IMG/VR virus record: IMGVR_UViG_3300045988_179616
Span: 32,001-96,000 of that record
DNA length: 64,000 nucleotides
Source: a virus
Reading direction: 5' to 3' (one strand)
The notes beneath the pieces were generated by a model. That model worked only from the letters and a program-made list of their open reading frames with translations, did no database searches and had not been told where the DNA came from. Positions 60,440-64,000 of this stretch are shown here, piece after piece. A program made the translations under genes and the position numbers. Within the stretch, counting starts at the first letter, position 1, and each line of letters begins with the position of its first letter.

Positions 60440-62158
60440 TTAAAAAGCAAACCTTCCATCTTGAACTTCCATATCTACAATAAAAAGTTGAGGGGTTTTG
60501 TGCCCCATCCATTCGTTAATATTAGGTCTACCAACTAAGGTAATTTCCATTTCATTTGAAAAACTTTTTAGTTCTTCTATCAAATCTTTTGCTCTGAACT
60601 TGATATAGGTAATTCCATTTTTCTCAATTCGTAATGTATCTTTATTTTTCCCTATAACTTTTATCTCATTAGGCGAAATTATTAAATTAGTAATAGCTAT
60701 CATAGCTTCAGGATTTTGCTGTCCAAATACTTGCTCATACGGCGCGACATCAAGAATTATGGCTTCTATGTCTTTATCATTAGCTCTTCGAACAAAATTT
60801 ACATCATAAATATTTTCTCCAAAATCAATTTGGGAGAGTTCTTTATTTGCTATTTCATGGAGTTTTGAAAGATTCTTGTCAAAAACACTAACTCCGAATG
60901 CTTGGTCGTGGCCAAGAGTATATTCAAAAAGACCCGTCCCCGATAGAAAATCTTTGAAAGAAGTTAGCTCCGTATTACTTGGCGCGCGAGCGCTACCTCT
61001 GTCATAGCCTTCGGAATTTCGTCTAGCCAATATAGTGGGTTTATGATATTTCGCTGATAATACCATAGCAACTAATCCATTCAACTCAGCAGGGAAATCG
61101 TCATCATCATCAAGTCTTACAAATAAAACCTGATTTTCTAACAAATCTTGCTTGAAGATTTTTACTTCTAATTCCTGGACTATCTTTTCTTTCATCTTAT
61201 CTTGGTGAGCTTTTGCATTCGTACATTCACGCGCGCTCTCTATGCAAAGTCTTTCCATTGTTCCTTTAGCTCCGCGCTTATGACACTCTACCATTTCATT
61301 TGGTTCAATAAAACTACGATAAAGTCGATATTTTTCTTCCATTGACCCTACTCGAATCATAGCATTTATAAGAGGAACAATATAAAAAGCAACAGTTGTT
61401 GGGTTTATCTTTCCACCCATTGAATAGTCCTGTTTATCTAATAGAACTCGTAGCATTGTATTCTTGATATTTTGAAAACCAGTTTGAACCAAATATTGAT
61501 TTTCATATTCAAGCATACTCATCATATCTCCAACTAATGAGATTGCACAAAGGTCAATATAGTCATAAGCCCAGTCTCTCAAAAAATAGTCATCTAGGGC
61601 TCGGCAAAATTGCCAAACAACGCCTCCACCACAAAGGTTTTTATTTCTATAATTTTTAGAAGTTTGGTTATTTATAAGTATCATATTGGGTGGAATTTCG
61701 CTTTCTGCTTCTTTTAGGTGGTGGTCTAAAACGAGAACAGGACAGGTAAACTCCTTTATATATTGTCCGTCATTTGTGGCGCTATCTGGCGCGATAATAA
61801 GGCTCCATTCTTTTTCCTCTAGCTGGTCCATCATATCAGAAAAACCATGCTGTTTTCCCTCATGAATAAAAAATTCAATTTCTTTATCTGGATTCCATCT
61901 TTTTAGATATTGATAAATTATAGCAAAAGAACAAATTCCATCGCAATCGCAATCTGCAATAATGGCGTAAGGCTTTTTATCAGAAATCGTCTTTTCAATA
62001 GCCTTTATTCCCATCTGATAATTATCCAAATCTTCAAAACTTTGTAAGCATTCTTTCGTTGGATGAAGAAAGGTTTGAATGTCCTGAATACCTCGCGCGC
62101 GAAGTAAGTTCTTTCCATAGTCTTCTTTTATCTCTTGATTTACTAGTCGATATTTCAC
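60440..62158 (-). CDS. DHH-family RecJ-like exonuclease
   Basis: Contains DHH motifs IIADCDCDGI and VLVLDHH, and a DHHA1-like TLGHDQAFGV. Confidence 0.7.
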   Translation of the reverse strand: MKYRLVNQEIKEDYGKNLLRARGIQDIQTFLHPTKECLQSFEDLDNYQMGIKAIEKTISDKKPYAIIADCDCDGICSFAIIYQYLKRWNPDKEIEFFIHEGKQHGFSDMMDQLEEKEWSLIIAPDSATNDGQYIKEFTCPVLVLDHHLKEAESEIPPNMILINNQTSKNYRNKNLCGGGVVWQFCRALDDYFLRDWAYDYIDLCAISLVGDMMSMLEYENQYLVQTGFQNIKNTMLRVLLDKQDYSMGGKINPTTVAFYIVPLINAMIRVGSMEEKYRLYRSFIEPNEMVECHKRGAKGTMERLCIESARECTNAKAHQDKMKEKIVQELEVKIFKQDLLENQVLFVRLDDDDDFPAELNGLVAMVLSAKYHKPTILARRNSEGYDRGSARAPSNTELTSFKDFLSGTGLFEYTLGHDQAFGVSVFDKNLSKLHEIANKELSQIDFGENIYDVNFVRRANDKDIEAIILDVAPYEQVFGQQNPEAMIAITNLIISPNEIKVIGKNKDTLRIEKNGITYIKFRAKDLIEELKSFSNEMEITLVGRPNINEWMGHKTPQLFIVDMEVQDGRFAF

Positions 62159-63204
62159 TTCACAATTACTCTCCTTTTCAATAACTCTTCAAATTTTTCT
62201 TGTCCCTCATCTACCGGAGAGTCCTTCTTTTTTGTAAGATTTTCTCTATCATAGATAAAAGAAAAATTTGAATAATTCTTATATTTACTACACATCTTCC
62301 ATAATTTTTGAAAATAGTCTTCACTTCCGGGCTTTTCTTCATTATCAAAGCAGATAACAATTTCTTTTGGTTGGGCATAACGCATCAAAATATCAAGTTG
62401 ATATTTATTGAATTGACTTCCACAAGAAGCAACTGCACAATTAGGAAATGAAAAATTTTCACACATAAGAACGCTTTTCTCTGCTTCAAAGACATAGCAA
62501 ATTCCATAGCGTTTGATATTTTCCAAATTTTTATCTAAACCATAGAGATTCAAACTTAATGGATGAGAATACCACTTACCCTCAATTTGAACTGGCATAT
62601 ACTTTCCTACGTTTTCTACTTCCCACTGATTGAGCGCGCGCCCTCTAATTCCAACTAATCCGCCCCTAACATTATAATGAGGAATTATGATTTTATTTTG
62701 ACCAATAGAAAAACGAATATTGAATTTATCCATAGCCTTATGAGAAATTCCTTCCTCTTCCCAATCAGCAGGATACTCCTTTATGAAAACATCCAAAATA
62801 CCTTTCTCATAAGTTGGAAGCTCTCGTCTTTCTTTTTTGGGCATAAACTCGTTTCTTTTTGATTTATAGCTTTCGTTGATTTCTGTTTCAGTAAATCTTT
62901 TCTCACCATAACTCCGTACAAATTCTAAAACATCTTCATGCCAGTCATAAGTGATTCCTCTCGTTTCATAATAATGCTCAATAAAACGAAAGATATTTTG
63001 CGCGCCACATTCACTATAACACATAAAAATATGTGTATTCTTATAGTAATAAAGTTTCCAAGATGCTTCATCTAAATTAGTATTATGACACGCAGTTTTA
63101 CATAAAAGAAAATCTCCCTTATCTTGCCAAGGAATCTCCAATTTATCCAAAATTTTCTCTACTATTTCATCAGTAAGATTTTCAATTATTTCTCTATAAT
63201 CCAA
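62155..63204 (-). CDS. dnaG: DNA primase (zinc finger plus TOPRIM)
   Basis: Has an N-terminal Cys/His cluster (CKTACHN...CYSECG), TOPRIM-like VFEAEKSVLM and CFDNEE, and sits adjacent to the helicase gene. Confidence 0.6.
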   Translation of the reverse strand: MDYREIIENLTDEIVEKILDKLEIPWQDKGDFLLCKTACHNTNLDEASWKLYYYKNTHIFMCYSECGAQNIFRFIEHYYETRGITYDWHEDVLEFVRSYGEKRFTETEINESYKSKRNEFMPKKERRELPTYEKGILDVFIKEYPADWEEEGISHKAMDKFNIRFSIGQNKIIIPHYNVRGGLVGIRGRALNQWEVENVGKYMPVQIEGKWYSHPLSLNLYGLDKNLENIKRYGICYVFEAEKSVLMCENFSFPNCAVASCGSQFNKYQLDILMRYAQPKEIVICFDNEEKPGSEDYFQKLWKMCSKYKNYSNFSFIYDRENLTKKKDSPVDEGQEKFEELLKRRVIVK

Positions 63205-63218
63205 AGAAATCTCCCTTC

Positions 63219-64000
63219 TTACTTATTTATCTCCTCTAAGAACTTTTGTTCTTTTTCATCTAATTCCCATTCAACCTTTTGCTGAGTATCATAAAAATCA
63301 AGAATAGGATTCATCCTATCATCAGTTACGAATAAATCGGTAAGTCTTAGCGTCCCTGTATTGAAATAACTCCAAATACGGACTTGAGTCCAGCGACCTG
63401 ACCGAACTTTGAACACATCAAAGACTCGATTTGGAATCATACCACCCATCAAATTTCCATCTTTTTGAAGTATATCTATTTCATCTTTCGTAGGTCGCGC
63501 GCCAATTATACCATTATCAGCTTTATTGATTGTTGCCCGACCACCAGCTAAACTCGCTTCATTTCGTATTTCTGAATTATCATCTGCTTTGGCATTTACT
63601 TGAGTTGAAGTAAAAATTGAGACATTTTGCTCAATAGCTAAATCTTTTAGAGCTGTTGCCATCAATGATAGAATTTCATCATTTCTAAGATTGTGTCCTC
63701 GAAACTCATTCAAAACTCCAGGAGAAATAAAAATATAATCAAAAAAGACATAACGTCGTTGAGAAAGAATTACTTCCTCTCTAACACTTAGTTTTATTTG
63801 CTCAATAGAAGGATTTGGTATTCTCATTAGTTTTAAAGTTTTATAGGTCTTGATTATATGACGCGCGACCTCAACTCTTTTTCTTTCATCATCAGTAAGG
63901 GTATTGAACTTAAATTTAGATTCTTCTACTCCACTAAGATATGCCAAAATCATTTTTATTATTTGCTCTGGTTTTTGCTCTGTCATAATAAAAAGAACTG
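63219..64000 (-). CDS. dnaB: DnaB-like replicative helicase (partial; the N-terminus lies beyond the window)
   Basis: Contains a RecA-fold C-terminal domain with Walker-B-like YVFFDYIFI and VSIFTSTQVNAKAD. The frame stays open upstream of the tracked ATG (63986) to the window edge (..VLFIMTEQ.. resembles v.fSlEMs). Confidence 0.65.
   Translation of the reverse strand, partial: VLFIMTEQKPEQIIKMILAYLSGVEESKFKFNTLTDDERKRVEVARHIIKTYKTLKLMRIPNPSIEQIKLSVREEVILSQRRYVFFDYIFISPGVLNEFRGHNLRNDEILSLMATALKDLAIEQNVSIFTSTQVNAKADDNSEIRNEASLAGGRATINKADNGIIGARPTKDEIDILQKDGNLMGGMIPNRVFDVFKVRSGRWTQVRIWSYFNTGTLRLTDLFVTDDRMNPILDFYDTQQKVEWELDEKEQKFLEEINK

Noticed and set aside
1-64000. Alternative genetic code or stop-codon reassignment, prompted by the two in-frame stops.
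   Set aside because: TAA, TAG and TGA all terminate well-supported genes (TAG at 5165 and 11612; TGA at 8038, 9425 and 23700). ORFs of 1300-2569 codons are intact under the standard code. Only two tiny early ORFs are affected.
1-64000. tRNA, tmRNA or rRNA genes.
   Set aside because: I saw no cloverleaf-compatible segment and no GTTCGAATC-type T-loop in any intergenic gap. The gaps are explained by promoters, terminators and repeats. This was a by-eye scan, so tRNAscan-SE or ARAGORN should confirm it.
52822-64000. Inteins or group I introns interrupting nrdJ, dnaE, dnaB or the primase gene.
   Set aside because: All of these reading frames are continuous, with motifs in the normal order. There are no intein blocks (such as C-terminal HN with a Cys/Ser/Thr junction) and no embedded endonuclease domains. 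The apparent N-terminal truncation of dnaB is caused by the window edge.

Overview
This window reads as a contiguous piece of a tailed dsDNA phage or prophage genome. The host is probably a low-GC, Firmicutes-like bacterium, judged from strong AGGAGG ribosome-binding sites, TTGACA-17-TATAAT promoters (often with an extended -10, TGnTATAAT) and an overall GC content of roughly one third by eye.

There are four transcription blocks:
1. 1-5490 (+): small early or middle genes, including two metallophosphoesterases and a homing-endonuclease-like fusion.
2. 5498-13329 (-): a string of single-gene early cassettes, each with its own promoter and terminator. They include a DnaQ-like exonuclease, a HAD nucleotidase and two paralogous wHTH-like proteins. 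This block also holds two large repeat-rich noncoding regions.
3. 13760-48137 (+): the late operon. Its order is a sigma-like/zinc-ribbon protein, terminase, portal, scaffold, capsid, connectors, tail tube, a 2569-aa tape measure, Dit, a 2078-aa Tal-like protein, a 988-aa adhesin-like protein and small distal genes.
4. 48174-64000 (-): the replication and nucleotide-metabolism operon, containing DnaB-like helicase (partial), primase, a RecJ-like protein, a DnaE-type polymerase, NrdJ, SHMT, dCMP deaminase, a divergent ThyX-like protein, a dUTPase fusion and a RuvC-like protein.

I recognised no tRNA, rRNA, CRISPR array, integrase or canonical endolysin.

The most interesting signals are:
- An 8-copy GCCCGGGC intergenic element family that marks early cassette boundaries.
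- Genome-wide over-representation of alternating CG (GCGCG / GCGCGC), maintained by atypical synonymous codons.
- A pyrimidine and one-carbon gene cluster built around a ThyX-like protein with altered catalytic motifs.
- Phased 28-bp repeats upstream of the late promoter.
- An iteron-like, polypurine noncoding region.
- Two early ORFs each interrupted by an in-frame stop at codon 12.
- A CTA-leucine / CTAG codon island in the capsid and tail-tube genes.

All functional calls come from motif recognition by eye. No database search was run.
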